This document shows, piece after piece, positions 1-9,127 of a stretch of DNA of 54,286 bases. The notes below the pieces were generated by a model that was not told the DNA's origin, did no database searches, and saw only the letters and a list, made by a program, of their open reading frames with translations. The stretch's first letter is position 1. Every line of letters starts with the position of its first letter. Position numbers and translations under genes: made by a program. This stretch comes from an uncultured Eubacteriales bacterium (lineage in GTDB: Bacteria > Acidobacteriota > Aminicenantia > Aminicenantales > Aminicenantaceae). The stretch is taken from assembly GCA_964557845.1 (NCBI GenBank), contig CAZLBV010000240.1, positions 1 to 54,286 on the forward strand, written 5' to 3'.

Positions 1-24
1 CGTTCACTAGTATGATATAAGCTT

Positions 25-1437
25 TTAGTCCAATTCAATTTCCTCAAGATATTCAGGCATATGCACCGGCCATCCCAATTTGTTTTTTATCTGTCTTGAG
101 AGTTCTGACATCGCCTCTTTTTCTCCATGAGTAAGAAAGACTCCGGAAGGGGGATTTTCCAGAGCCCCTAACCAATCAAGCAGATCATCTCTGTCCGCAT
201 GGGCAGAAAATCCTTGGATCTGTTCGATCCGTGCTTTAACTGGAAACATTCGGCCGTGGATCCTGACGGTTTCTCTTCCATTTATTATCTCTCTGCCCAA
301 GGTACCCCTGACCTGATATCCCACAAACAGGATCGTGGATTCTGCTTTAGAAATATTAGGTTTTAAGTGGTGCTTGATCCTCCCACCCGTACACATGCCT
401 GATCCAGCCATTATCAAGCATGATCCTTTTATATTATTGATCGCTTTGGATTCCTCAACCGATCGGATCAACCGCATTCCTGGAAACCGGAAGGGTGAGT
501 GTCCTTGTGCAAAAAGCCTTCTCGACTCTTTATCAAGACTGCTGATATGCCTTTGAAAAACATCGGTTATATCCACCGCCATAGGGCTGTCCAGGAACAT
601 CATCATATACGGAATTCGGTCTTCCCTGACTAAACCACTGAGATAGAACATTAATTCCTGAGCCCTCTCTATCGCAAATGTGGGGATCACTACATTTCCA
701 CCTGCACCAATCGTATCCCTTATGATATGAGCTAATAGATCATCCACACCATCACTGTCTTCATGATTTCTATCCCCGTATGTCGACTCCATAACAATAT
801 AGTCTGCGTTCTGAAATACCGTCGGATCTTTAACCAGTGGTTTATTCCACTGCCCTATGTCACCTGAAAACACTATATTTTTCTTTTTATTTCCATCTTT
901 GACGATAATTTCTATCATGGCAGAACCAAGGATATGCCCGGCATCATGAAAACAAACAGAGACGTTTCTATTTAAGGAAATCTTTTTTTTGTATGGTACA
1001 GCCTCAATTAGAGGAAAAACCTTCATGGCATCTTCTACTGTATACAGAGGAATTTCAGGGTACGGGCCTTTTCTTCCCTCTCTTCGATGCCTTTTTTTCT
1101 TATAGGCGGCATCCTCTTCCTGAATATGAGCGGAATCTTCCAATACTATTGGAAGCATTTCAAATGAAGGAGCCGTAGTTAATATTTTCCCAGAGAAACC
1201 TTGAAGCACCAATTTCGGTAACAAACCGCAATGATCAACATGAACATGGGTAAGCAATACATAATCTATATCCTGAGGAGGGACAGGGAATATTCCCCAG
1301 TTTCTGGATAGAAATTCTCTCTCTTGGAAAAGCCCGCAATCAATCATAAGCTTTAGGCCTCCTACCTCCAAATAATAACATGACCCGGTTACTTGTTGGG
1401 CTGCGCCTAAAAATTTTATGAACACTGTTTTCTCCAC
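25..1437 (-). CDS. MBL-fold beta-CASP ribonuclease (YSH1/TTHA0252-like)
   Basis: Motifs GAAQQVTGS, IDCG, LTHVHVDHCG, DAGHILGS, FSGD, ESTYG, beta-CASP PTFAIERAQE, GFSAHAD, THGE; GTG start. Confidence 0.9.
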   Translation of the reverse strand: MEKTVFIKFLGAAQQVTGSCYYLEVGGLKLMIDCGLFQEREFLSRNWGIFPVPPQDIDYVLLTHVHVDHCGLLPKLVLQGFSGKILTTAPSFEMLPIVLEDSAHIQEEDAAYKKKRHRREGRKGPYPEIPLYTVEDAMKVFPLIEAVPYKKKISLNRNVSVCFHDAGHILGSAMIEIIVKDGNKKKNIVFSGDIGQWNKPLVKDPTVFQNADYIVMESTYGDRNHEDSDGVDDLLAHIIRDTIGAGGNVVIPTFAIERAQELMFYLSGLVREDRIPYMMMFLDSPMAVDITDVFQRHISSLDKESRRLFAQGHSPFRFPGMRLIRSVEESKAINNIKGSCLIMAGSGMCTGGRIKHHLKPNISKAESTILFVGYQVRGTLGREIINGRETVRIHGRMFPVKARIEQIQGFSAHADRDDLLDWLGALENPPSGVFLTHGEKEAMSELSRQIKNKLGWPVHMPEYLEEIELD

Positions 1438-1659
1438 AAAATAAATTACAGGTTATGAAAAACCACCTGTGATCTTTCTCCCGGAAAGATGAATTATTAT
1501 ATGATAAACTGCCTCATTAAACAAATAAAGTGAATAAAAATTTCTCATTTACTCATCGACATATCCCCTCATTCAATTTAATGTTTTTATAGTTCGCAGT
1601 TATGTTTGTACATCTAAAAATAGTATTCTTTTATGTATGAATTAATAGTGAGGTTTTTG

Positions 1660-1856
1660 CATGAAACACTTGGCCCCAGCAAACCATTTAAAGATCTGGC
1701 TTGGGGACTGGCCACCCGAGGCATAGCAGTTTTGCGCTATGATAAACGCACAAAGATCTATGGTAAAAAAATAGTAGAAGAAAAGCTGCGCTTAACAAAA
1801 AGCAGGTCATGTCGATATTCGTGTGATCAAAGATATAGCAGAATGGATCAAAAAAA
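1660..1856 (+). pseudogene. Remnant of an alpha/beta hydrolase
   Basis: [30 protein letters not shown] is an internal motif of a common alpha/beta hydrolase family; a C-terminal-like [16 protein letters not shown] follows in another frame from ~1802; no GxSxG nucleophile region between them. Confidence 0.65.
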
Positions 1857-3116
1857 CTATTTTGAACCTTGATATACAGTTTTTCCCTGTATCAGAACTC
1901 TCTTTATCTGGGTTTTATAATTCAAAGGGTCGCCATCTGAAATAACAATATTTCCTTCCTTCCCCTTTTCCAAACTACCGATGCGATCATCCACACCCAA
2001 AAACTCAGCAGCAGTCAAGGTTATCGCTCTTAAGGCTGTTTCCCGGTCTAATCCTCCTTTTACCGCCAGCGCAGCTATAAGGGGAAGTTCCCGGATATTT
2101 CCCATACCTAAAGATTCCTCAGATTTTAATACTATCTTTACCCCTTTTTGAGCCAGAACCGCGGCATTTGAAATGTTGATCTCCTTGGTTTCCATTCTTC
2201 TAGGACCTATTCCAAAGGGACTGATGATGACCGGAATTTTTCTTTTTCCTATTTCCTCAGCTACCTTATAACCTTCTGCACATCCAACTAGAACCGCTTT
2301 TAGTTTAAACTCATCTATCAAACGAATCGACGTCATAATATCATCTACCCGGTAACTCTCAATAAAAACAGTTAATTCACCAGTTAGTACCTGTGATAAA
2401 ATTTCGAGTCTTAAATCTCGTGTAGGAGGAGCGGTATCTTGATCTTTTTTGTATTTTTCTCGATAATCATCCCATTTCTGACTGTATTCCTTGGCTTCGA
2501 TCAAGGCTTTTCTAATCACATAGGCACTCCCCATCCTGGTAGAAGGAAGCCTTCCCTTGCTTCCATAGGTCGTCTTTGGCCCTTCTCCAAGCGACATCTT
2601 CACTCCTGCCGGGGAAAGCAAAACCATTTGTTCCACTGTTTTTCCCGACAATCGGAGTACCGCTGTTTGCCCGCCTATTACATTCTTTCTGCCTGGAGCG
2701 GCCATGACTGTGGTTATGCCGGCTGAACGGGCATAGCGAATGTTTTTATCGAAAGGATTGATTGCATCAATTATTTTCATTTGGGCGGTATCCGGATCAT
2801 AAGTTTCATCCATGTTTCCGGCACCATATTGATCTGTTGTTCCAAGGGTTGTGTGGGATTCTATAAACCCAGGGAGGATCCAATTATTGGACGCATCGAT
2901 CACTTCAGCTTTTTCCGGAATAGGTATATTTTTTCCTATATCTGTAATAATTCCATTTTCTATCAAAATTATCCCTTCTTCGATCGGAGCACTGCTTATC
3001 GGTACGATATATCCATTCTTGATCACCAATTTTTTTGAAGCATCATCAGCATGTATTCCGAAATTTCCTACAATCAAGATAAACAGACATATCAAAAATA
3101 AAAATTTTATCTTCAT
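1857..3116 (-). CDS. Secreted amidohydrolase-family protein with degenerate metal ligands
   Basis: Signal peptide; [11 protein letters not shown] (HxH to HxT), [19 protein letters not shown]; start overlaps stop of upstream paralog (ATGA). Confidence 0.85.
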   Translation of the reverse strand: MKIKFLFLICLFILIVGNFGIHADDASKKLVIKNGYIVPISSAPIEEGIILIENGIITDIGKNIPIPEKAEVIDASNNWILPGFIESHTTLGTTDQYGAGNMDETYDPDTAQMKIIDAINPFDKNIRYARSAGITTVMAAPGRKNVIGGQTAVLRLSGKTVEQMVLLSPAGVKMSLGEGPKTTYGSKGRLPSTRMGSAYVIRKALIEAKEYSQKWDDYREKYKKDQDTAPPTRDLRLEILSQVLTGELTVFIESYRVDDIMTSIRLIDEFKLKAVLVGCAEGYKVAEEIGKRKIPVIISPFGIGPRRMETKEINISNAAVLAQKGVKIVLKSEESLGMGNIRELPLIAALAVKGGLDRETALRAITLTAAEFLGVDDRIGSLEKGKEGNIVISDGDPLNYKTQIKRVLIQGKTVYQGSK

Positions 3117-4381
3117 TGTCCACCTCTTTCATTTTCCAATTCATATACGATGGTTCCATCGATCAAAACCTTAAGCACATCAGTCTGAATATCAAAAGGA
3201 TCGCCATTAAAAATTACCAGATCAGCGTCTTTTCCTGTTTCAATGCTGCCTATACGCTTTTCCATTCCGACCAGTTTAGCGGGATTTATGGTAATCGCCT
3301 TTAGGGCTTCTTCGGGATCCAACCCATACTTGATAGCGACGGCAGCCTGAAAGCGAAGGAATTCTTGTTGGACAACATCGGCATCAGTCATGATATTGAT
3401 CTCGACTCCCTGCTTTACCAAGTAATCCGCTATATTGATCAAATTATCTTTTTCATCGAATGTGATCATCCTGGGGCCAACCACAACAATAACTCCTCTT
3501 CGGGCTAATTCGTCAGCAACTTTATAGGATTCCTCAGCATGGGCTAAAGACAATTTATAAAAATCGAATTCATCTGCCAGCCTGACCGCGGTCATAATAT
3601 CATCAACTGGTGAACAATGTATATGAACAGGAATTTCCCGGTTTAAAACCATCAACATTGCCTCTTTTTTTAAGTCTCTTGCTGGTGGTTTAGCTGTTTT
3701 ATCATTCTCTTTTTTCTTTTCATATAGTTCCAAAGCCTTTTTATAATCCATCGCTTCTACCATGGCTTTCCTAACTATATAGGCGGTTCCCATTTTCGTA
3801 ACCGGCAGAACTCCTTTGCCAGCATAATACCCTTTCCGGCCCATTGCCATCTTCATATCTACAGGGAAAACTAAGACCATATCATCTACAGTGTTACCAC
3901 GCAGTTTCAATGCGGCCGACTGTCCGCCAATAACATTTCCACTGCCTGGACGTGCAATGATGGTAGTAACTCCATGGGAAACAGCATCCTGAAAAGAATG
4001 GGAATGGGGCTCCATGCCCTCAGGATGAATAGAATCGATAATGCGAAGTTGAGGAGTACACGGATCGCTCATTTCGTTATCTTCGGTTATACCTCCACTG
4101 GGGCCAAGCCCTAGATGGGAATGAGAATCGATCAAACCTGGGGTAACTATACACCCGGAGGCATCGATGAGACTGAATTCCTTAGGAATCTCAATATTCT
4201 GCCCAACTGCGGTAATCTTCCCATTTTCTATAAGGATTGTCCCCTCTTCAATAATCCCTTGGGTCACGGTTAATATTTTGGCATTCTTGATGGCAGTTAT
4301 CTCATTCTTTCCGAAAAGAAAGAAAGATAGTGCAGCCAAACACCAAAGAAACAAAACCGGAAATCTCATAAATTTTATCAT
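3113..4381 (-). CDS. Secreted amidohydrolase (imidazolonepropionase-like family) with intact metal site
   Basis: Signal peptide; PGLIDSHSHLG, MKMAMG, HIH, LAHAE, MTD, IGSIETGKDADL. Confidence 0.88.
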   Translation of the reverse strand: MIKFMRFPVLFLWCLAALSFFLFGKNEITAIKNAKILTVTQGIIEEGTILIENGKITAVGQNIEIPKEFSLIDASGCIVTPGLIDSHSHLGLGPSGGITEDNEMSDPCTPQLRIIDSIHPEGMEPHSHSFQDAVSHGVTTIIARPGSGNVIGGQSAALKLRGNTVDDMVLVFPVDMKMAMGRKGYYAGKGVLPVTKMGTAYIVRKAMVEAMDYKKALELYEKKKENDKTAKPPARDLKKEAMLMVLNREIPVHIHCSPVDDIMTAVRLADEFDFYKLSLAHAEESYKVADELARRGVIVVVGPRMITFDEKDNLINIADYLVKQGVEINIMTDADVVQQEFLRFQAAVAIKYGLDPEEALKAITINPAKLVGMEKRIGSIETGKDADLVIFNGDPFDIQTDVLKVLIDGTIVYELENERGGQ

Positions 4382-4478
4382 TTACAACCTTCCATAAAAA
4401 AATCGAAAGACAAGTATAATACAAATCTATCACTCAGAATAGAGCAAATGTAATGAAACGTAGAATAGAAATTAATGA

Positions 4479-5291
4479 TTAAATTGTGATCACTATGGAA
4501 CTAAGTAAGTATAAATCAGTACTGTCAAAACCTTCCACAGGCATTCTCTGATAAATCACTTGAACGCTTGTCGACAATGCAAAATGTTCGTTGATCGAGA
4601 CGGCTAAAGATACATGAGAATTGGATCGATAGTCATTAAAATCCTCTAAGTTGAAGAACAGAGTCTCTTGAACTGTCATTTGAGAAGATTCTGAAACTTT
4701 AAGAGTAGCCTTAGTTGTGAAGATCGAGGAAAGAAAAGAGGTGCTGATGGTTTTTTCCCAGGACTCAGGAGAATTGGCACTGCTCTGCTCTGCTATTTTA
4801 TGTGTATTGTTTTCATTGTTCCATCCAAATGCCAGTTCAGACATGATCGTGATGGTTTCCCGGCCGATCCAGGTAGCTCCACCCCCCGCCGAGAAAGCCC
4901 ATCTAAAATTATAACCAGCCAGCTTATTTCTCTCATAGCGTATGAAACCCAATAAATACGCCACGGATTTTATCTTTCGGTCATATTTTAAGTGAGAATA
5001 ATAATAATCACTCTTTTTGGTCCCGTTAGCGGTTGCATTGATAAACCTTGCCTTAAGATTGATCCGATTATTTTTTATATCAAGGTATTGGTCCGAATCA
5101 AAGCTGAAAGAAAAAGTTTCGTTATTTCCCCGGGTAAGAACTAAAGATAAGCTGTTGTTTGAATTATATTTAAGATCTTTCTGCTCTGACTTTTCCTTGC
5201 TTTCTTCAGCGGCTGTTAAAACTGGTAAAATAAAAATAAAAAACAGCAGGGAAATAATTTTTAAGACTGCCCGCAATGATTTTCCATACAC
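4479..5291 (-). CDS. DUF481/YdiY-like outer-membrane beta-barrel protein
   Basis: Signal peptide, TRGNNET motif, alternating amphipathic strands, C-terminal STD...SSIVITI pattern. Confidence 0.7.
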   Translation of the reverse strand: MYGKSLRAVLKIISLLFFIFILPVLTAAEESKEKSEQKDLKYNSNNSLSLVLTRGNNETFSFSFDSDQYLDIKNNRINLKARFINATANGTKKSDYYYSHLKYDRKIKSVAYLLGFIRYERNKLAGYNFRWAFSAGGGATWIGRETITIMSELAFGWNNENNTHKIAEQSSANSPESWEKTISTSFLSSIFTTKATLKVSESSQMTVQETLFFNLEDFNDYRSNSHVSLAVSINEHFALSTSVQVIYQRMPVEGFDSTDLYLLSSIVITI

Positions 5292-5354
5292 AATAAAATT
5301 CCTTTCTATATTTAAAATACTAAACAGGAACCCAGTATCCGGGAGTTTTGCTTT

Positions 5355-5519
5355 CTAGTTTTTTTTGTTTTCCTTTTTTTTTTGATTTTTTTTCCAGTAA
5401 TTCAAACAGTCTGTATTGCAGAAATAATAAACATAATCCTTTCCTTCTGCCTGCAAAGCCGCAGACTTGGGAATTACTTTCTTGCAAACATGACAAGCGA
5501 TTTTTTCTTCTTCTTTCAT
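5355..5519 (-). CDS. Small DUF3330/TRASH-like metal-binding protein (54 aa), not in ORF track
   Basis: Hand translation MKEEEKIACHVCKKVIPKSAALQAEGKDYVYYFCNTDCLNYWKKNQKKKENKKN*; CxxC...FCxxxC; GAGGT ribosome-binding site upstream. Confidence 0.8.
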   Translation of the reverse strand: MKEEEKIACHVCKKVIPKSAALQAEGKDYVYYFCNTDCLNYWKKNQKKKENKKN

Positions 5520-5662
5520 ATTCTTACCTCGCCAAAATTCTAGAATCGAAAGACTATTTTAACCATAAACTAACTAAAAAAATCAATAAAAAATGCTTAC
5601 TAATTGTATAAGAATCCATTAATTTGTATTATAATTCAAATGAAATTTACCAGGAGATCAAA

Positions 5663-5797
5663 TTGAGACGTAAAACTCCGATTATTCTATTCATCTTATC
5701 AATAGTATTGATCATAGTGGGGCTTAAAATGGGAGAATACTGGAAAGTCTTGGAAAAAGCCATAACAGTGTGCTTGAGCTGTATCGGGATCGGATAA
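5663..5797 (+). CDS. CD1871A-family small membrane CxxC protein (44 aa), not in ORF track
   Basis: AGGAG then TTG start; MRRKTPIILFILSIVLIIVGLKMGEYWKVLEKAITVCLSCIGIG*; characteristic terminal CxxCIGIG directly upstream of a 4Fe-4S membrane protein. Confidence 0.85.
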   Translation: MRRKTPIILFILSIVLIIVGLKMGEYWKVLEKAITVCLSCIGIG

Positions 5798-5809
5798 CAG
5801 AAGGGAACC

Positions 5810-6688
5810 ATGAAGCTTCTTTTAAAACGCCGGTGGTTTCAAGCGATCAGCGCTTTGGCAATCAATGCGTATTTCCCTGGCTGGCTGAAGGGAGGGATCT
5901 ATCAGGGAAATGCCAAAGGAATCTGCGTTCCGGTTCTAAATTGCTATTCCTGTCCTGCTGCTTTGGGGGCATGCCCGATAGGTGCGCTTCAGAATTTTTT
6001 TGCCAGTCTTAGATTTAATCTATCGATAGCCCAATATCAATTTGGTCTCTATGTTATCGGATTTTTTGGTGCGGTGGGTAGTTTGGCCGGCCGTATTCCC
6101 TGCGGCTGGATGTGTCCTTTCGGCCTCCTGCAGGAACTCATGTACAAAATAAAAACTCCCAAAATCCGCATCCCCTATTTTTTATCTTATTTTAAATATG
6201 TTGTCTTATTGGTAATGGTTCTTGCTCTTCCGTTATTGATTGTTGATGATTTTGGTTTTGGGCAGACATGGTTTTGCAAATGGATCTGCCCGGCAGGAAC
6301 TTTAGAAGCAGGAATCCCTTTGGCAACCTTAAATACCACCATCCGCAGCCAGATAGGTTTCTTGTTCAGCTGGAAACTGGGGATACTTTCCCTTTTTTTG
6401 GTCTGGATGGTAGTCAGTAAACGACCTTTCTGCCGGCTTTTTTGCCCTTTGGGAGTGATATTAGGTTTATTCAATCGAATAAGCTATTTCAGAATGGCAG
6501 TGGATGATGAAAAATGTACACGATGCGACCAGTGTCTCATAGATTGTCCCGTGGACATCAAAATTTATGAATCTCCTAACAGCCCGGAGTGCATTCGCTG
6601 TATGAAATGTATAACTGTCTGCCCTTATGGAGCAGTCGATTATAAATTCATGAAGTCCAAGACGAAAGAACAACTGTCTGAAACTTGA
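5810..6688 (+). CDS. NapH/YccM-like membrane 4Fe-4S binding protein
   Basis: CVPVLNCYSCP, CGWMCP, CKWICP, CRLFCP and two CxxCxxCxxxCP ferredoxin motifs; several TM helices. Confidence 0.88.
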   Translation: MKLLLKRRWFQAISALAINAYFPGWLKGGIYQGNAKGICVPVLNCYSCPAALGACPIGALQNFFASLRFNLSIAQYQFGLYVIGFFGAVGSLAGRIPCGWMCPFGLLQELMYKIKTPKIRIPYFLSYFKYVVLLVMVLALPLLIVDDFGFGQTWFCKWICPAGTLEAGIPLATLNTTIRSQIGFLFSWKLGILSLFLVWMVVSKRPFCRLFCPLGVILGLFNRISYFRMAVDDEKCTRCDQCLIDCPVDIKIYESPNSPECIRCMKCITVCPYGAVDYKFMKSKTKEQLSET

Positions 6689-6727
6689 ATTCCAGATATG
6701 CCATCTAGACCATCGGGTTCATTAAAT

Positions 6728-7579
6728 TCACGAGATAGGCTTAAATCTGTATTTTGACTTTTCTTTGATTATTTTTCCGAAAAAATTGACGGGATCATGA
6801 TTAAATGCAAAGATCCAGTCTTCTTTGATCCCTCTGTCCAAATACTTTTTCTTATTCTCCATGGTCTCTACGGGATAGAGGTCATAACTCATGACATAAG
6901 ATAAACCGACATGCGCTGACATAGGTATCATATCGCCTAGAAAAAAAACACATCCTTCATCTGTCTCTATGAGAACACATTGATGGTATTTGGTATGACC
7001 CGGGGCGGGTAAAACTTTTACTCCTTTGCAGACCTCAGCGGTTCCATTTACCAGACAAAGCTGTCCGCTTTTCTCCAAAGGAACGAATAAGTGAGGCAGA
7101 TAACTGGCGCCGTCTCTGAATCCAGGTTTTTGTGCAACCTGCCATTCTCCCTTTTGGATGATATATTTTGCCTTTGGAAAAGCCGGAGTATATTCACCCT
7201 TTTCATTTTTTGTGATATTCCCCCCGCAGTGGTCAAAATGTAGATGGGTATTGATAACAAAATCAATATCTTCAACTGAATAATTCAACTCATTAAGGCT
7301 GGATACTAAACCTGGATCTCTTTCTATGCTGTAGTAGCGATAAAATTGTTTTTTTAAATAACTTCCGGCCCCGGTCTCTATTAGGACCGTTGTATCCGGT
7401 GTTTGCACTAAAAGGGAATTGAGGCCCATTTTTATTCTGTTTTCTGAATCTGCCGGACATTTTTTTTCCCATAGAGTCTTGGGGACCACCCCAAACATAG
7501 CACCACCGTCCAGATAAAAAAAACCATCACGCAGTCCGAAAATCTTAAATTTTCCTAGAGTCAGTTGGGTGAGAGTCAT
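6728..7579 (-). CDS. MBL-fold metallo-hydrolase (YtnP-like)
   Basis: LDGGAMFGVVPK, THLHFDHCGG, PGHT, GD, YDLYP, HDP. Confidence 0.88.
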   Translation of the reverse strand: MTLTQLTLGKFKIFGLRDGFFYLDGGAMFGVVPKTLWEKKCPADSENRIKMGLNSLLVQTPDTTVLIETGAGSYLKKQFYRYYSIERDPGLVSSLNELNYSVEDIDFVINTHLHFDHCGGNITKNEKGEYTPAFPKAKYIIQKGEWQVAQKPGFRDGASYLPHLFVPLEKSGQLCLVNGTAEVCKGVKVLPAPGHTKYHQCVLIETDEGCVFFLGDMIPMSAHVGLSYVMSYDLYPVETMENKKKYLDRGIKEDWIFAFNHDPVNFFGKIIKEKSKYRFKPIS

Positions 7580-8049
7580 CTGGTAAGTTTTTCCAGATCG
7601 TAAATAAGATCTTTTGTTTGATAAGCAGCAAGTTCTATTTCATCTGTATCCATCCGAATGGCGTCTTCAGGGCAAGCCTCAACACAAAACCCACAGAAAC
7701 AGCATCTATTCAGATCTATAATAAAGGTTTTGGGGTATTTTTGAATATCGGGGTCAGGATCCTCGGCAGCTTCAATATAAATACATTCAGAAGGACAGAC
7801 AGTCGCACAGAGCATACAGGCGACACACCTTGGTTTTCCATTTTCTCTAAGCATGATTCGATGTCTGCTTCTATGGCGTGAGGCCAGAGCCGGTCTTTCT
7901 TCGGGATACTGGATCGTAACCGCCCCTTTTCTTTTGGTTTTAATACCGAACAGCCTCAGTGTATGAAAAAAGATATTCACACAGAAATGACGGGCAGTAA
8001 TCACAAATCCACGAAGTATTTCAAAAAAGTATCCGAATAACTTAATCAT
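7576..8049 (-). CDS. nuoI: NADH-quinone oxidoreductase subunit I
   Basis: TIQYPEE, CVACMLCATVCP, CCFCGFCVEACPEDAI. Confidence 0.92.
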   Translation of the reverse strand: MIKLFGYFFEILRGFVITARHFCVNIFFHTLRLFGIKTKRKGAVTIQYPEERPALASRHRSRHRIMLRENGKPRCVACMLCATVCPSECIYIEAAEDPDPDIQKYPKTFIIDLNRCCFCGFCVEACPEDAIRMDTDEIELAAYQTKDLIYDLEKLTR

Positions 8050-8050
8050 T

Positions 8051-9127
8051 TTATAAAATTCTCATTACTACTGCGGTTGCAACCACATTAAAAATACTTA
8101 ACGGTATCATAAATTTCCATCCGAAATCCATCAGTTGATCATAGCGGAAACGGGGATAGGTCCAGCGGATAAGGATCTGCATCCAGCAAAAGAAGAATAC
8201 CTTCAGGTTGAAGATCAGGACCTGGAAAAACACCACAATCCCATGGGGAAGCAGCCATTTCCCTCCCCAGGGAAAATGAAACCCATCCGCATACAGCCAG
8301 GGAACCTGCCATCCTCCAAAAAACAGAGTGGTCAATAAACAAGCAATGATCAGGACTTTCATAAAATCCGTGAACATATACAGTCCCCATTTAAGTCCGC
8401 TGTATTCCGTGAAAAATCCGACAATCTCAGATTCACCCTCAGGCAGGTCGAAGGGAACTCTTTCTGATTCAGCCACAGCAGCGATCAGAAAAACTATAAA
8501 CCCAAGAGGTTGAATGAAAAACCCCCATTTTGGAAGCCATCCGAATAGAAGTTCCCCTTGGGTTTCAACGATCGCGGAAAAACTAAGAGAGGGAAAAACC
8601 ATAACCAATCCGACCAAGGACAGGCCCAAAGCTACTTCATAGGATATTAATTGAGCCGTTCCTCTAAGCCCTCCGATGATCGTCCATCTGTTATTTGAGG
8701 CCCAACCGCTGAGCAGCACTCCATAAATGGTCAAAGTCAGCATGGCGAGCACGAATAATACGCCCACATTCATATCCAGCACTTGCAGCTTAATCGTTCT
8801 CTCTCCGATCCTCAACACATCTCCAAAGGGAATAGCGGCAATGGTTACCAACACAAAGAAAAAAGACAGAAAAGGCGCCAGGTTATGTATGAATTTTCTG
8901 GAGAAACTCGGAGTAAAATCCTCTTTGAAAAACATCTTTATGGCATCGGCAAAAGGCTGAAACAAACCAAGGATACGGAATCCATAGATATTCGCACGGT
9001 TTGCCCCGATCCTATCCTGCATCACGGCGCTTTCTTTTCGTTCCGCCCAGGTCAGATACAAACTCAATACCAAAAACCAGATCATGGCGAAAATGATCTT
9101 AATGAGAATGATTAAAATATCAGTCAC
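8051..9127 (-). CDS. nuoH: NADH-quinone oxidoreductase subunit H
   Basis: ERK..QDRIG, QPFADAIK, SYE, ERVPFDLPEGESE, EYSG, RWTYPRFRYDQLM. Confidence 0.95.
   Translation of the reverse strand: MTDILIILIKIIFAMIWFLVLSLYLTWAERKESAVMQDRIGANRANIYGFRILGLFQPFADAIKMFFKEDFTPSFSRKFIHNLAPFLSFFFVLVTIAAIPFGDVLRIGERTIKLQVLDMNVGVLFVLAMLTLTIYGVLLSGWASNNRWTIIGGLRGTAQLISYEVALGLSLVGLVMVFPSLSFSAIVETQGELLFGWLPKWGFFIQPLGFIVFLIAAVAESERVPFDLPEGESEIVGFFTEYSGLKWGLYMFTDFMKVLIIACLLTTLFFGGWQVPWLYADGFHFPWGGKWLLPHGIVVFFQVLIFNLKVFFFCWMQILIRWTYPRFRYDQLMDFGWKFMIPLSIFNVVATAVVMRIL

Noticed and set aside
5348-5611. 87-aa plus-strand ORF
   Set aside because: Antisense shadow of the DUF3330-like gene; low-complexity Phe run
5770-6012. 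80-aa ORF from the track
   Set aside because: Out-of-frame overlap with the CD1871A-like and 4Fe-4S genes, which have family motifs
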